64,000 nucleotides of DNA, from assembly GCF_001194135.2 (NCBI RefSeq), contig NC_068991.1:66187690-66251689 (forward strand). The letters are read 5' to 3'. The stretch comes from Octopus bimaculoides. Taxonomy: Eukaryota. The notes below the pieces were generated by a model. The model did not search any database. It was not told the DNA's origin and worked only from the letters and a program-made list of their open reading frames with translations. Made by a program: the position numbers and the translations under genes. Below, piece by piece: positions 1-13,600 of this stretch; position 1 is the first letter of the stretch; each line of letters opens with the position of its first letter.

Positions 1-564
1 GAAAGAAGAATTATATGGCTGCAAACTCTATTTTGTCTTCTCATAAATAAAGAGTGTGAAAGTGCCAAAATTTTACTATTTGTTTTGTGAGAGTGGAGGA
101 TGGTGTTTGTCAGTCTGAGAAACACTGGTCTAAATTATATTTGATATTTACATATTCCATGGCATGTATAGACAGTGTCTAATATTTAGTTATACCATGG
201 ATGTATATTTGGTGTGTAATATTTAGTTAACTCCAGGTGAACTCTGAATGAGCAGACCCATGATCAAAGGCAGTTTGATCTAGGTCTATCTTGACCAGTA
301 TATTCTTCCAATTTTAAAGACAGTTTGGCTATGATATGTTTAACTGCTATTTCTAGCAGGTCTAGCAACTGTGTATGGACAAGGCTACTAATAAAATTTT
401 CAAATGCCTTGCATCCACTCAGGAAAAGCTAAAATTATAAAAATATTGTGCTTGAATAGAAATATACCAGTGGACCCGTGAAAAATTCACAGAAAACATT
501 AAAAATGTAAGCATCTGTAAACAGTGTACCTGTGCCATGAGAAATGTTTGTATATTATGACTGT

Positions 565-705
565 CTTTACGTTCTGAGTTCAAATTCTGCCGAGATCGAC
601 TTAGCCTTTCGTCCTTTCGGGGTCAATAAATTAAGTATCAGTTGTGTACTGGGGTCGATCTAATCAACTGGCACCCTCCTCACAAAAATTCAAGCCTAGA
701 AAAGT
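565..705 (+). repeat. SINE-like family C (gttctgagttcaaattc..gtcgac..cctttcggggtc..aagtaccagt core)
   Basis: Related copies at about 9958-10120, 32092-32235, 44480-44585, 49655-49850, 51255-51455, 63480-63555. Confidence 0.7.
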
Positions 706-1412
706 ATATTGTGACAGTTACAGAATATAGAAAGTAATGTAACACCAATGACTAAATAGTCCAACCAAAATATCTGTTACACAAACGTAAATGGAATTAC
801 TATTTAACCTTAAAATGCATCATACATATTCAAAGAACCTTAATGTACAAATTGAAATGCGAAAGAACGGCATAATAAATGGATTTATGAATGAAAGTTT
901 GGTAATTGTGTTTATTTCCACCACACAACACTTATTATTGCAAACACGTTTTAACTAACCTAAAACTATACACACAGACAAATACATTCATATATATGTC
1001 TCAAGTTGTACCTGTAATTCAAAGGGGCCAGCCTTGTCGTATTCTGTGTGAGGCTGAATATCCCTGAGAACTATGCTAATGTTATGCATGTCTGTGGAGT
1101 ACTCAGCCATTTGTGAGTTAATTTTATCCTTGTGTGGTAATGAAAAGTTAAATTGACATCCAATATTTGCTCTGAACTTTTCTTTGGATTTATGTATCTA
1201 CTGTCTCTCTCACTTTCTCTCTTTCTCTTTCACTTCCTTTGTGCCCCCCCCCCCTTCTCTCCTGCTTTTGATTTAACAATGTGTATATGTATCTATGTAT
1301 CTACTCTTGCAATGTGATAAACATTTAAAAACACAAAACGAACGCTGTCACCACTCACTGTCTCTTTCACTCTCTCACTTTCTCACTCCCCCTTTCTCAC
1401 TCTCTCTCTCTC

Positions 1413-1446
<34 letters not shown>

Positions 1447-1488
1447 TTCCTCTCTGTCCTCCTCTCTTGCTTTGCCACTTCTTTGAAG

Positions 1489-1509
1489 GAAGTGTGGTGC
1501 ACACAACAG
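1489..1509 (+). CDS. Candidate 21-nt microexon of CoREST (phase 1-1, would insert about GSVVHTT in the ELM2 region)
   Basis: Long AG-free (CT)n tract, then ...cttgctttgccacttctttgaAG|GAAGTGTGGTGCACACAACAG|GTATGT; frame-preserving ahead of the phase-1 exon at 7153; no transcript evidence. Confidence 0.45.
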
Positions 1510-1633
1510 GTATGTACAAAAACAAAAAGTTAGCGTATTGATATTATTGATGATTACTCATAATTACTCTTTCAATCTCCTTGAAAGTGAAAATGAATTT
1601 TAAAAAAATTCTTTTCCAGTTTACACATAATGC

Positions 1634-1857
1634 ATTCTTTAGCATTCAGGTTAATTTATCGAATATATTGCTTATTGATCCACATTTAAAAAAAAATAAC
1701 CATGTAGTATCTTGTAGTTTCAAGATTTTGAAGATATGATTGTTTAATTTTAGAAGACATTGTAGGGTAGGTTTGAAAAGCTGGATCTGGCCAGTTTCAA
1801 CATGAAACAGGTAGAATATTTGAGCAGAGATGGCCAGTTTAAATGCTTAAGAGTTAA
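1634..1857. mobile_element. TTAA-type MITE, degenerate copy
   Basis: Internal similarity to 16669-16885; ends aaatgcttaagagttaa. Confidence 0.62.
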
Positions 1858-4294
1858 AGAATAGTGTTTTTTGTTCTGACCCAGTTCATTAAAGAAAATA
1901 TTATTTCAGCACATGCTGAAAAATATGTCAAGATAATTAGTCACAAAGGAATAGTATTTTGAATCATGAAGTCAATATTTTATGTCTTTTAACTATTCAA
2001 GAATATTTTGCTGTCGAAATTAGTAAGTTTGTCTGCTGTTTAGTGATAACTTCTCCATTGATCTTCACCATTTGGTCTGCTTTCAGGCACAATAGATGAG
2101 AAATGAGAAGTTAGGATTATAAACTGCTTTTGGGTCTAGTATCTTTAATAATTTCATCTTCACAAAAAAGCAGAGTTTTTCTTAATTGAATACAGCTCCA
2201 CTAGGAATTTCAAACTATCAATCTTAAACTTTCTAATGTTCTTTATCATCAAAATATTCAATAATTAAATGCGCTGTTGCCTTTCTTCCATCATTGTTTT
2301 TCTCTTTTCATCTTTAATGAACAAACTCTAGAAGTTCTTGTATTCTGATGATGTCATTAAATATAGTATAAACTTGTAATGCTCAGATTGGAATCCAGCA
2401 TTCAGTAAATTCCCTTTCTGTAGTACATTCTGAAGGAAAAGTAGCATTTCGTTGCCACCAACTTTCAATTCATTTCAGAAATAGAGAAGTAAATCTGTAA
2501 ATTGCTCTCATATCACACTGAAACTTTCTAATGTTTTTTATCATCAAAATATTCACTGATTGAATGTGCTGTTGTCTTTCTTCTTTTCATTGTTTTCTTG
2601 AGAAAGCTTACTTGGTTTGTGCAAATTTAGGTATATTGTGGCAATCTGTCACAATTCCTTCAATAAGTGTGAACTCTAATCTCTTGCCCCTGTGAGAGAT
2701 TAAAAAAAAAACCCTCTATATATGAGAGCAATATGCTGATGGCATGACTAGCATCAGAGGGGAAAGAATGACCAGTGCATCCCAGAATAAAAACAGATTA
2801 CACAGCATCTTGGTAATTTCTGGAATCCATTTTTGGTACTCTTCATTGAAGAATAGCTATTGCTTGAGAATCTTGTGATATTTTCTAAAGTAGATTTTCT
2901 TTCATGCAAGGTGTATTTGATAATATTATAAAGACCAAAAGTCATTGGATTTTCATCACTTACAATAATTAAAAATGCATCTTCAGCACAATTCTTTTTC
3001 AAATCAAAGTACTTCACAACTCTAACCAAGACTTGTGTAACTGATGTCTGTATATTATCAGTTATGATAGAAAATTCTTGTCTTAGAGATAGCCATGATA
3101 AAAGAGCATATAATGAAATGCCCTCTTGTACACTGTCAAAAGATGGTTGCTTGTAAAAGTAATGTTGTTCTGAAAAATACACAGCAAATAAGCAGTTCAC
3201 CTTGCCTGTTCATTCTTTGTTGACTTCTTTTCTGGCTTAAATCGAGAAATTTCAACACAAGGTTTAGCCCTATTAGACATTTAGACATTTTAATGATTTT
3301 ATTCAAAAGTTTGTTTTATTAACACACATTTTACATTTCTTAGTAACAATATTGCAAGATTTACTGTAGCTAACTTCATCATTTTTAACTTGTAGCCAGT
3401 CCTTAAATTCAGGATTCTGCAGCCAATCTTCCTTGTATGACTCTGTATGATATCATTTCCTTTCTTAGTGGGTGTTTTTATTTCACCATTTATTATGATA
3501 GAAGGCAGGGTGTGATAGGAAAAATAGGAACACTCACTCATACACAAGTCATGATGCATGATAAGCACCAACACTGAACAGTAGGGTTGCCAGGCACAAA
3601 GGGCCTCATGTACAGCTTATATATAAATCATTTAATGTCATGTCTCGTTAGTTTTTGAATGTCACTTTTGATATCTATATGCACTGGATTCATGATTTTA
3701 CATAGTTTATTAAACTCGCATTGTGATTTGGATTTCTTTGATTTCATCTGTGTATAATTTGGAATATGTTTGTGTATTGAATGTCATATAGTTCCATAAG
3801 GTTTTTGTTGCTATTGATGTTGTATAGGAGAATTTTAAAATATTTTTATGTTAGGTTTATGAAGTTAATTTTGTGTGTATGTGTGAAGTGCTCTGTTTTT
3901 TAAATATATTCTGTGCTGACCTGTGATGTTGGAAAAGTAAATAATTTCTTTCTTTTTTTTTCTTCTGATAAGAAGTATTGCTTTATTCTGATTCCACGTA
4001 CTCTTAAGTGGATGTTAGGTAACTTATCTGATTAGGATGGCGATAGCACAGATGAACTGAATTTCATAAAATTGTCTGATGAATTCTTGGAGTTGGTCTT
4101 CATTAAAAAAAAAAAATGTAACTAGTAGTTTGGAACTATATATGTTTGACCATTTCATCTGAGTCTGACACAGTAGCAGATGTTTCTGACTTCAAAGAAA
4201 CATCTGTTTACACCATTTGTAAATACCTTTAAAATGGCATGAATTGTCCTAAAATCTCTTTTCCTCTCCTGATGTCTAGTACTTATATGTAACT

Positions 4295-4670
4295 GGTGCA
4301 GGTGTGGTTGTGTAGTAAGAAGTTTGCTTCCCGACCCCACATGGTTCTGGGTTCAGTCCCACTGCATAACACCTTGAGCAATACAGCCTTGGGCTGACCA
4401 TTGCCTTGTGAGTGTATCTGGTAGATGCAAACTGAAAGAAGCCCATCATGTAATATATATATATGTGTGTGTTTGTCTCTCGCCATCACTTGACAACTGG
4501 TGTTGGTGTGTTCTTGTCCTCCATAACTTAGCGGCTCAGTATAAGATATCAATAGAATAAGTACCAGGCTTAAAAAGAAAACTAAGTACTGGGGTTGATT
4601 CATTTAACTAAAATTCTTCAAAGCAGTGCCCCAGCATGGCTGCAGTCTAATGACTGAAACAAGTAAAAGG
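4295..4670 (+). mobile_element. tRNA-headed SINE, family B
   Basis: Head gtgtggttgtgtagtaagaag...ggttcagtcccactgc; body shared with copies at about 30140-30517, 45041-45424, 62828-63215 and partials at about 29370-29520 and 48600-48755. Confidence 0.8.
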
Positions 4671-5929
4671 TAACTGGGTTAAAAAAAAAAAAAAATTACA
4701 GTTTTTAATGTTATAAATTAAGAAATAGAAGTATTTCATTAGCATATTCTGTAAATCTTTCTAATAGCGTAAAAGGGATTTTTTTCCCCCTCTCTTTGCA
4801 CCAAAATACTTAAAACCCTTCACCATTGCTTATATTCTGCCACTTCTTGTCATGCTACCATTAGTCAGCCTTCTGCTGCAGTAGTGACTGGAAACAAACC
4901 ACAAGTGACTGCTGATTGGTTGCAGAGCAAAGTAATCAGCAGCAGCCTCCTCAGGTTAAATTTTTTCCCTTATTGACTCAGATCTCACGGAGCGCTAAAA
5001 TCTTTGTACTAGCAGTTGTTGGGAAACCATTTAATATCTTAAATTTTAAAATGAAATTTCATTTGCATTAAAAATAAATTAGATTGAAATTTGATTTTAT
5101 TTAGTAATATGTTTCTTTTAAAATATTGTATTGGCGTTAAGTTTGTTTTTCAGCTAGATACTTTTGAATCCTATTGCACTTCACGGTATCTTGGGCCTGT
5201 TTTCGATTGTAACTTTGGCTTAACTAGTGCTTTGTGAGTAGGATTTTGTTACATATAACAAGCTTTCACTTGGTTTCTGTACATGTCAGTGTTGATTTCA
5301 AAGCTGTAACTTAGTGATTTAAAAAAAAAAAAAAAATGCTAGGGTTGAAATGATTGACTAAAAGTCATTGATGTCAGTGACTCAGCAGGGCCACAATGTG
5401 AATGGCTGAAACCAGTAAAAGAATACATAAAATGTTCACTCATATTAATTATCCACTTCAGTGCTTTTGTTAAAATGAATTGTAAAAGATAAGTTCATCT
5501 GATGATCCAGCAGTGTTAGTAAATGAAAGTACAACATAGTAAATATTAGTGTATGCATTTGGACAACTTTACGTGTGTTTTCTAAATTTATTAAACCAAC
5601 TATTACACAGTATATTTTAATGATGATAAAATAATATTCCTAACTCCAAGTTTAGAAAATATATGGAAAAGAAAGTTGTCATTCTGAAATATTACACTTT
5701 TTCAAAAAGCGTGATAATGTGAGACCTTGTATTTTTAGTAACCTTGAGGATTCTACTCGCATGCTGTTCATGTTTAGAGGGAGGCCTGTTTTCTTAACGT
5801 GTGTAGTGTTTCATTGAATTGTCGACGGCTACAAGATTGGTGTCTCTTTCCTCAGTTCTGTATTCTTTGTATTGTCACTTATTTCATTCAACCCTCTTGT
5901 TACCGTATTTCTGTTGAGATACTCTGTTT

Positions 5930-6170
5930 CATCATCATCGTTTGATATCTGTTTTCCATGCTGGCATGGGTTGGATGGTTCGACTGGGGTCTGGGAAGCC
6001 AGGCGGCTGCACCAGGCTCCAATCTGATGTGGCACTGTTTCTACAGCTGGATGCCCTTCCTAATGCCAACCACTCCGAGAGTGTAGTGAGTTCTTTCTAC
6101 GTGCCACCAGCATGGGGCCAGAGGGGGCTGGCATCAACCACGTTTGGATGGTGCTTTTTATGTACCACCA
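5930..6170 (+). repeat. Interspersed repeat family A copy
   Basis: catcatcatcgttt...ccatgctggcatgggttggatgg...cagctggatgcccttcctaatgccaaccac. Confidence 0.78.
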
Positions 6171-6661
6171 AAGAATTTAGTAAAATAACTTAGTTATCAT
6201 TAAGATAATGATAGGAACATATATTGTGACTTAGGTTTGGTGGAAGATTTTAATTCAGAACTTTTGATTTTAAATCAGAAGAACATTTGTACTACAGAGC
6301 CAGAGGTGGTTTCAGATGGGTTGGTATCAAAAGGGTTAGGGCATGAGAGTATGGATCAGTTTGGTTTTAACTGTTACAGTTTTGCTGTTAAGGAAATAGT
6401 TCAAATTTTGGTTCTTTACAAAGCCAGTTGAGATGCTGAGGAAAAGTTATTTTATTATTTTTATGTATGTGTTTACTCCATCTATTGTAGTTTCTGCTTG
6501 ATAATCTAATCAATTCTTTTGACTAGCATACCTTATAAGTAAATCCTTTAATCCCAACTATATATCTGTCAGTGGAGAATTCTACCTACACTAACTGAGA
6601 AGTTAGCATTAATGACAATTATTGCAATGATTTTAATCTAATACTAATAATCATTTCTTAG

Positions 6662-6694
<33 letters not shown>

Positions 6695-7152
6695 TTTAAA
6701 AATAATTAAACTTAGATTTTTATTTTCCTTTTCACATGGTTTTCTAAATTTATACAATTGCTACAGCCATTTTGCTGTCTGAAAGGCAGTACATTGTATT
6801 GCTCTCTTCTGTCCTCTCTCTGTTCACAATCTAGTGGTTAGCTGCATGAAATACCATCCAACTTTAAAAGTATTTTGTCCAACAATTTATATACATAAAT
6901 AGAAACAGTTTTAACTTTTGTAGCATTGGAAAGTAGATGTAGAGCAATTTTTAAAGAATTAGGGTTCAATACCAAATATTTTAGTTGTCTTAATTTGTAA
7001 TTTTTAAAACGCTTACAAACCAAAGAAATTACAAACATGACAATAATGATGGTTTGTAGAATAATGTTTGTTTTTTAACGTTTTACATTATTTGAAAATT
7101 TATCCTCCAGATTTTTAAACATTTTTCCTTTGTGTATTTATTTTCATTCAAG

Positions 7153-7224
7153 ATGGCAAAAATGATGTACGGACTGATGCTATGCTTGTGTGGGCTCCCA
7201 ATGCTGATCTATGTGAATCAAGAA
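7153..7224 (+). CDS. RCOR: CoREST exon, ELM2 domain: (D)GKNDVRTDAMLVWAPNADLCESR
   Basis: ttcaAG|AT...AGAA|GTAAGT, 72 nt, phase 1-1; matches RCOR MLVWSP motif. Confidence 0.9.
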
Positions 7225-7590
7225 GTAAGTAGTGACAATCTATTTACAAATAATTTCTAGAAGGGCACTATTTGGAAAAAAAAAAAAAAAAGGGCTGAGA
7301 GGGGAAGGAAAAATTGTCCAAGCCAACCAGCCTGTCATTATAAATACATGATCAATGTTTGGGTTGCTGGCAAATGTTGGTTCATGTACTTCAGTGTTCC
7401 TTGAACTGTAAACATCTCTCTTAATCCTTTCTTTATTATATTTCTAACCAAAATAAACTCCTTATGTGTTTCAGTTAAATGAAAAAATAATTATGAATTT
7501 AGACTGGTGTCATAAGACAACTTTTTTTTTTATTTATTGACATACAAATGATTTTTGGACAAAATTTAAAGTGCAGAAGCCTAGTGGACC

Positions 7591-7730
7591 TTAGAAATAA
7601 TACATTTCTAAACCTCTGAGAGAGATTTATGCAGTAGTGATATGTTGAAGTAGTTGTATGATGTGAACTTCTTCAACGTATCACTACTGCATAAATCTCT
7701 CTGAGAGATTTAGAAATATATTATTTCTAA
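7591..7730. repeat. Inverted repeat: 65-nt arms, 10-nt loop, 5 non-Watson-Crick positions
   Basis: 7591-7655 is the reverse complement of 7666-7730 at 60 of 65 positions. Confidence 0.95.
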
Positions 7731-9370
7731 TTTTGAAATCAGTGAATGTATTTCACTAGAATAATTATATGTTTACAAGAGCTTGACAGGCATCTTTGAC
7801 TAGCAGGTCATGCTACTCCAGACTGATGATGAGCAAAGACTCAGAAATATGTCTCTGGATGCAGGCTTAGCTGGGTGGAGGTGCTTGTCTCCCCCTTGTA
7901 AACATAAGGACACAGGAAATGTGTCAAGGCCGACAGGAAGTGGTGCGGCTTCCTAGGTCTAAACAAACAGTAGTATTATTCCCTTCAAGTTGACAGCATA
8001 CAACTACTTCCTAGTGAACCTATTCTAAAAAAGAGAAACATGAAAAATAGTATTTTTGTGAGAAAAATTTCTTTAATAGATTTATCTGAGAAGCTTTTAC
8101 ATATCATCAATAAATGAATAAAAAAATAGTTTTATGAAACCAGTCTGAATTCATTGATTATTTTAGAATTTAATTAAAATGTATAAGGGTGTAATGTAAT
8201 TAGAAACACAGAAACGATTGTGTTTAATAGGAAACAGATTTCAAACAGTCTGCATGCACCAAGCTTTAGAAATGACATTTTCATGTTCAATTTTAGGTTA
8301 GATTAATATCTGAGATGAGTTATTAATAAGATTATAATTTTTCAGACTATTAATCTCATCCTTAGAGATGAAGCATTTTCCAGTATTTATTTGTATGCTA
8401 CATTCCATTAAAGCTTAGTGGGCAAGAACATTATTACTCCTGATTTAGTAATAAAGGTTCCTAGTTCAAATCCTGTATGGCATACACATCCAGAGATAAA
8501 ACATCTGATGGGTTAGGGATCAACCTGATTGAAATGTGTAGCTTGTAAATCTGAAAAACCTTTTCATCTAAAGAGAAGGTTAATTGTCTGAAAAATTTTA
8601 ATCTTATTAGGTTAGATGTCTTACAACTGGGTACTTTAGTAAATGCTAATCACACTAACGAGAGGTTATTTTCAAAGATGAATAGAACGGTTAACTTTGA
8701 TGGTATTGGTTGAATGAGTTGGCATTCCAGCATGTGCTATTTGTTGTGAGCCATTGCATCTATGAAATGCTATTTCCTAAGATTCTACTGTGCTAAAAGC
8801 AGCTTGCTATTACATGCTAAACTTCTTCGGTCACCACTCATTGTCCAGTCATATCACATGTCCTTATTAGTTCACTCATCTTTCCTGCAGTCTCATGCTG
8901 AATTACATTCTCAGTCTCAATATTCTCTGTCTTTCATACAAGTTAACATAATATTCAACAGATCATGCACGACTCATTTCTCTACTCCTTCTGCAGATAT
9001 GTATTTGATGCCCATATCTTGCGACCATTGAGCAAGACTACTTCTCTGATGTACCTAGGATATTGTTTTCTATTATCAATTAAGGTCTTATTAGCCTTTA
9101 ATCTGTTAATGTTTCAATATTAGACAACCTTTTTTTAGGTCTGGAACATTTTTTGCAGTTCTTTGGCATCTATCAATGAGAAGCAGGTCACTAGCAGATA
9201 AAATTTTTTAGGAACATTTGATCTTGATATTGTAATTGTATCCAATATACTGGTCTTATTGATAAATAATTTTAAATATAATAGATTTCAGTGACCTCTT
9301 TAGGGGTATGCTCTGCTTCTTGCATTTGATGCCCAAAATTGTAATTTCTTTTTCTTTGTATCTCTTTTAC

Positions 9371-9581
9371 TTAACCCTTTAGCAAAAAACCAACCATATC
9401 TAGCCCCCAAATTCTACCTGTTTTATGTTGAAAGTGGCCATATTATACCTCTCACACTTACCCTACAGAGTTAATCTAAAAATTAACAATCGCATCCTCA
9501 AAGTCTAAAAGCTACGTGACAATTAATTTTTAAAAATATAATCATAACATTTGACTGAATAATCTGAATGCTAAAAGTTAA
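9371..9581. mobile_element. TTAA-type MITE, inverted copy
   Basis: ttaaccctttagca ... tgctaaaagttaa. Confidence 0.7.
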
Positions 9582-11461
9582 ACTATTACATGACTATATC
9601 AGTAATTTTAGATTGTTGCTACTACCATTCTTAGTTGGTAATTTATCTACCTGGTCCCAATTTTTAATTATTTATAATAAAAAAATTTATTAGCATTAAT
9701 GAAAATTATTTTTAGAAGGAGTAAGGGAGGCAACCCAAGATCTCATTGAATTAAAAATTAAAATGATGTTCTGGGTGGTATGGAAGAGTTTGATCTTTGA
9801 TATCTGTGATAGCAACTCTTGACAGGTTTTTCTTACTCAACCTTTTCGGCAAAGCATAGTCAGCACAAAGCTGTTATCTCTGAACAACTTGAATATTATG
9901 TAACTTCAGTGTGAATAAAATTTATTTATTAGTGAATTTAAAATAATCTTTTCTACTCTAGGAACAAGGCCCAAAATTTTTCAGGAGGGGGTCAGTCGAT
10001 TAGATCAACCCAGTATGCAACTGGTACTTACTTTATCGACCCCAAAAGAGTGAAAGGCAAAGTCGACCTTGGTGGAATTTGAACTTAGGGCATGCTAACG
10101 TTTCTGCTAGCTCTCCGCCTTAGTCAATTTAAAATAGTGGCAATGGAAATTTCCCTAAGGTGCCTGGCTACCATGCTTGACAAAAACAAATTTTAATCAC
10201 TTGTAATTGTAATGATAATGAGAAGAAAATTCATTAGTGTTAATGAAAACCAGATATTTGCTAATTTTAATTATTTTCACACTAAAGCTTATAATCTCCA
10301 AGTCTTGTTTGTCTTCAGCTTTTTTTATCCTTTGCCAAGGAGGCCTCATAAGACTGAAGTGTCTGGAGTTGTCTCCGTAATCATCAATGATGAGTTCATT
10401 GAAATTTTAGGGATTGTTTTAAAATGATCAGTTCATTAAATATGGCGTAACTTCATGTAAGTGAACCAACAAATTTTCGTAAATTAAAATTACAACTGCT
10501 GGGGAAGACTAAGGGAGATAACTCCTGTAATTATAACGTTGAATGATGACCTGCAGTGGGAAGTGGATGTAATCTTTCACAAGTACAGAAACAACTCCAG
10601 GCATGTTTCAGCCTTTTGAAAGGTATTTCTGCTAGTTTCCCCCCAGTGTATTTATCAGTCAAAACCTAGGGTCTAATAAGTACTGGTGAGACTTTGATGT
10701 GTTTTTTGGAGTTGGCTCAAGAAGATTGAAACCTGTCCAGCGATGGCATTGTACTTGACATGTATCAGACACCTGCCCTACTTAAACTTCATTCAATTTA
10801 AGACATTTTTTTGTATGAAAGGTGTCACATGGTACCCCTCCCTATTATTAATTTTCATTTATATTAACCCTACTCAACTACATCTGTTCTACTGCCCCTG
10901 TTGGAGTTGTGAACCTATTAACACTGTCTTTCTCCTTTGGACTTAATTATATTTTTACAAAAATAACAGCAGTTAAGGTAGTTATGAAATTATGTTATAA
11001 CTAAATTAATTGTCCCAGCAAAGACAATTAACACATTTTAGAAGGTTTTACTTATGATATAATTTCTTTAACTTGTCCTAAGACTGTCTTTATTTTTGTG
11101 GACTAAGATTGTTTATTTTAAAATGTTCAGGTTGAAATTAATATCTCCTATTTTAAGCTTATATAACTGTGCTGTAAGATTATGTTCCAAATATAATTTA
11201 ACATAAACGTAAATTAAAACATATTTTTGATTATTTAAAAGTTAAGTGTGTTTTGTTGGAAATCTAGTCATGAAAAGGTTAAAGAAATGATCTTGTGTTT
11301 ACTTTGATGACTACACAGATACTATCATGTTAATCAATCATTAATTCTTTCTATAATTATCTGAATAAACTCAGATTTTCAGTTAGTCAAACTAAGTATC
11401 TAGTTCTGCTATTCTTTTAGAAAGTTGCATGAAAAGAATAATTTTTCATTCTGTATTGCAG

Positions 11462-11514
11462 TTGATGATTATGTTACTATCGCAAAAGAGAAACATGGCT
11501 ACAACATGGAGCAG
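11462..11514 (+). CDS. RCOR: CoREST exon: (I)DDYVTIAKEKHGYNMEQ
   Basis: ttgcAG|TT...GAGCAG|GTAATG; near-identical to RCOR YIAIAKEKHGYNMEQ. Confidence 0.95.
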
Positions 11515-12519
11515 GTAATGTTACAGTTGAATGTTATTTTTTTTCATACTGTATTAAAGTGAAAATAGTTTAGAATAATTACATAACACAATTTTATGTA
11601 TTTATGTGGGCTGCATAGAGGCTCTTCAATTGAAGCTGTAAACTTTTCCATCATATCTTTTTGTGATAAAATATATATGTAATAGTCAACAGGTATGTAA
11701 TGTTTCTTCACTATTTTTCAATTGTAGTGACATATATAATTTTTAGAGTGAATGAAGGTTGGTTAGTCTAGCCATCTGCTGCATTAAATATAGATTTATA
11801 GACAAGGTTTGTTTAGAAAATCAAGTATGCAATTTTATTTCAGACACCAATTGGAACCATTTCATATCTTTTGCATCTTGAATGTGCTAAGGGGAATTGT
11901 GGATGTCAGACTTCCTTGTCCTGTAACTCAGATTCTATGCTTGTGTTGGGAAAAGAAATTCAACAAAAATATTGTGTACTGTTGAAGTTGTTTCCAGCTG
12001 TTTAAGTATAATGATGTAGTTAAGATTTTAGAAAACTTTCTTCGTAGTTTGCTGTGTATTATTGTTTGTGTTATTGCTGTTAGAGACAAGATTAGATAGG
12101 AGATGGTTTTGTTTTATTATTATTTTTATTATTTTGAAAACTTGGTTCATGAACTTGGTACAGATTTAGCATGAAGTATCATGGTTTCATGTGATAGTGC
12201 TTGCAGAAAGATAAGGAGGAACGTTGGTATCATCTATGTCCACAACATTGTTGTTGGGAAAGGCAAATAGGTTATTGGTGTATAGAAGGAAGAACATAGG
12301 GAATGAAATTGAATTCTGAAACCATTCAGAAATTATGGCATAGACCCAGAGAACCCTATTGGTACATGCTGCTGTAGTCTGATCTGATAGCTCCAAGAGA
12401 CTAGAGGCCTATGAAACCTGTAGGTTAGGAAATTTGTTGCATGCCAGATGTAAGTAGTATCTTGTCGTCGTCATGTATTGTATTTTTTTTCCCAAACATT
12501 GATGATACTACAGCAAAAG

Positions 12520-13100
12520 TCTTTCTGATTAAGCATGAATTTTTCCATTGGAGAATTTTCTCATAGTATTTTCTTGTCTAAGATATTGGGATGGTTTGCC
12601 ATTGCCTTCCCCAACTGGATGGCTGTTGCCCACAAGGAGCTCATCTGGCTTATGACAGGTCTTGTTTTTAGTCCTGTTGGGTGTCCAAACATCCTCCTCA
12701 CGAGAGTAGTGGGAGAGCCAGTTCAGTCACTGACCATTTGACCATGGAACAGATAGTACCATGGTACCAGTAGCTGGTCTCATCAGCTTATGATGAGATC
12801 CTTGAGCTGACTACATACTGTTGACTACTTTTACCAAATTTCTCAAATGTAAGAACCCACCGATGATTGATAGAAAAGGGTTGATTTCTAATAGATCTGG
12901 CTTTGCAAATGGTATATTGGTTGTCACTGAAGTGGGAAAGACTCATGTTGCTGCTTATTGCTATCCTCATCACTTTTGCAATGTTGTAGGGTTAGCGGAA
13001 TTATTCTTTTTGAGAACAGGGCATATTGTAGCTTGTTTTCAAAGATCAAGAAGGTCACTCATACCAGAAGGTGTGAGTGACATTATGTGAGATTGTTGGT
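12520..13100 (-). mobile_element. RTE/BovB-like LINE 5' region relic; ends approximate
   Basis: - strand ggggaaggcaatggcaaaccatcccaatatcttagacaagaaaat resembles the RTE/BovB 5'UTR motif; no intact ORF. Confidence 0.45.
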
Positions 13101-13600
13101 AGTTGAGACAAGGCAGTTGAATACATTATCCAGTATGTCACTCCATTTTTAAAACAGTAGAGGGAGATTTGGTGCTATTTTAAGCAGGTAGAGGAAGCAT
13201 GTAGAAGTTATCTTGTGCTCATTAATTTTCCTGTTAGGTAGACTAAAGTCATCAATTAGGTGCCTGTATTCACTCTACAAATCAGTGCACATTTCAAGTT
13301 TCAAGCTAAGGTTTATTGGTTGATGGGGCAAACCGCATGATAATCACTTGGTTGTAAACTTTTCAAGATGTTCTATCATTAAATCTTGATTTGATACAAT
13401 TGAGTCAACTATAGTTTTAGAAGTGTGTATTATTGAATTGTTTCACTTTCGTTTTACAATTTTTTTTTTTTTTATTATTGCATAGTGTTTTAGTCCTAGT
13501 AGTTTTCTAGGTCAACATTATTAAATTTATACATAGTTTTTATTCTGTCAACTCACAACATGTCAGTTCTTTGATATTGAAATTTGGATATAAATTCCAG

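Noticed and set aside
4882-4954. GC-richer intronic island with possible splice sites and an ATTGG motif in the CoREST intron
   Set aside because: No AG/GT pair gives a frame-preserving phase 1-1 exon; an alternative promoter cannot be supported from sequence alone.
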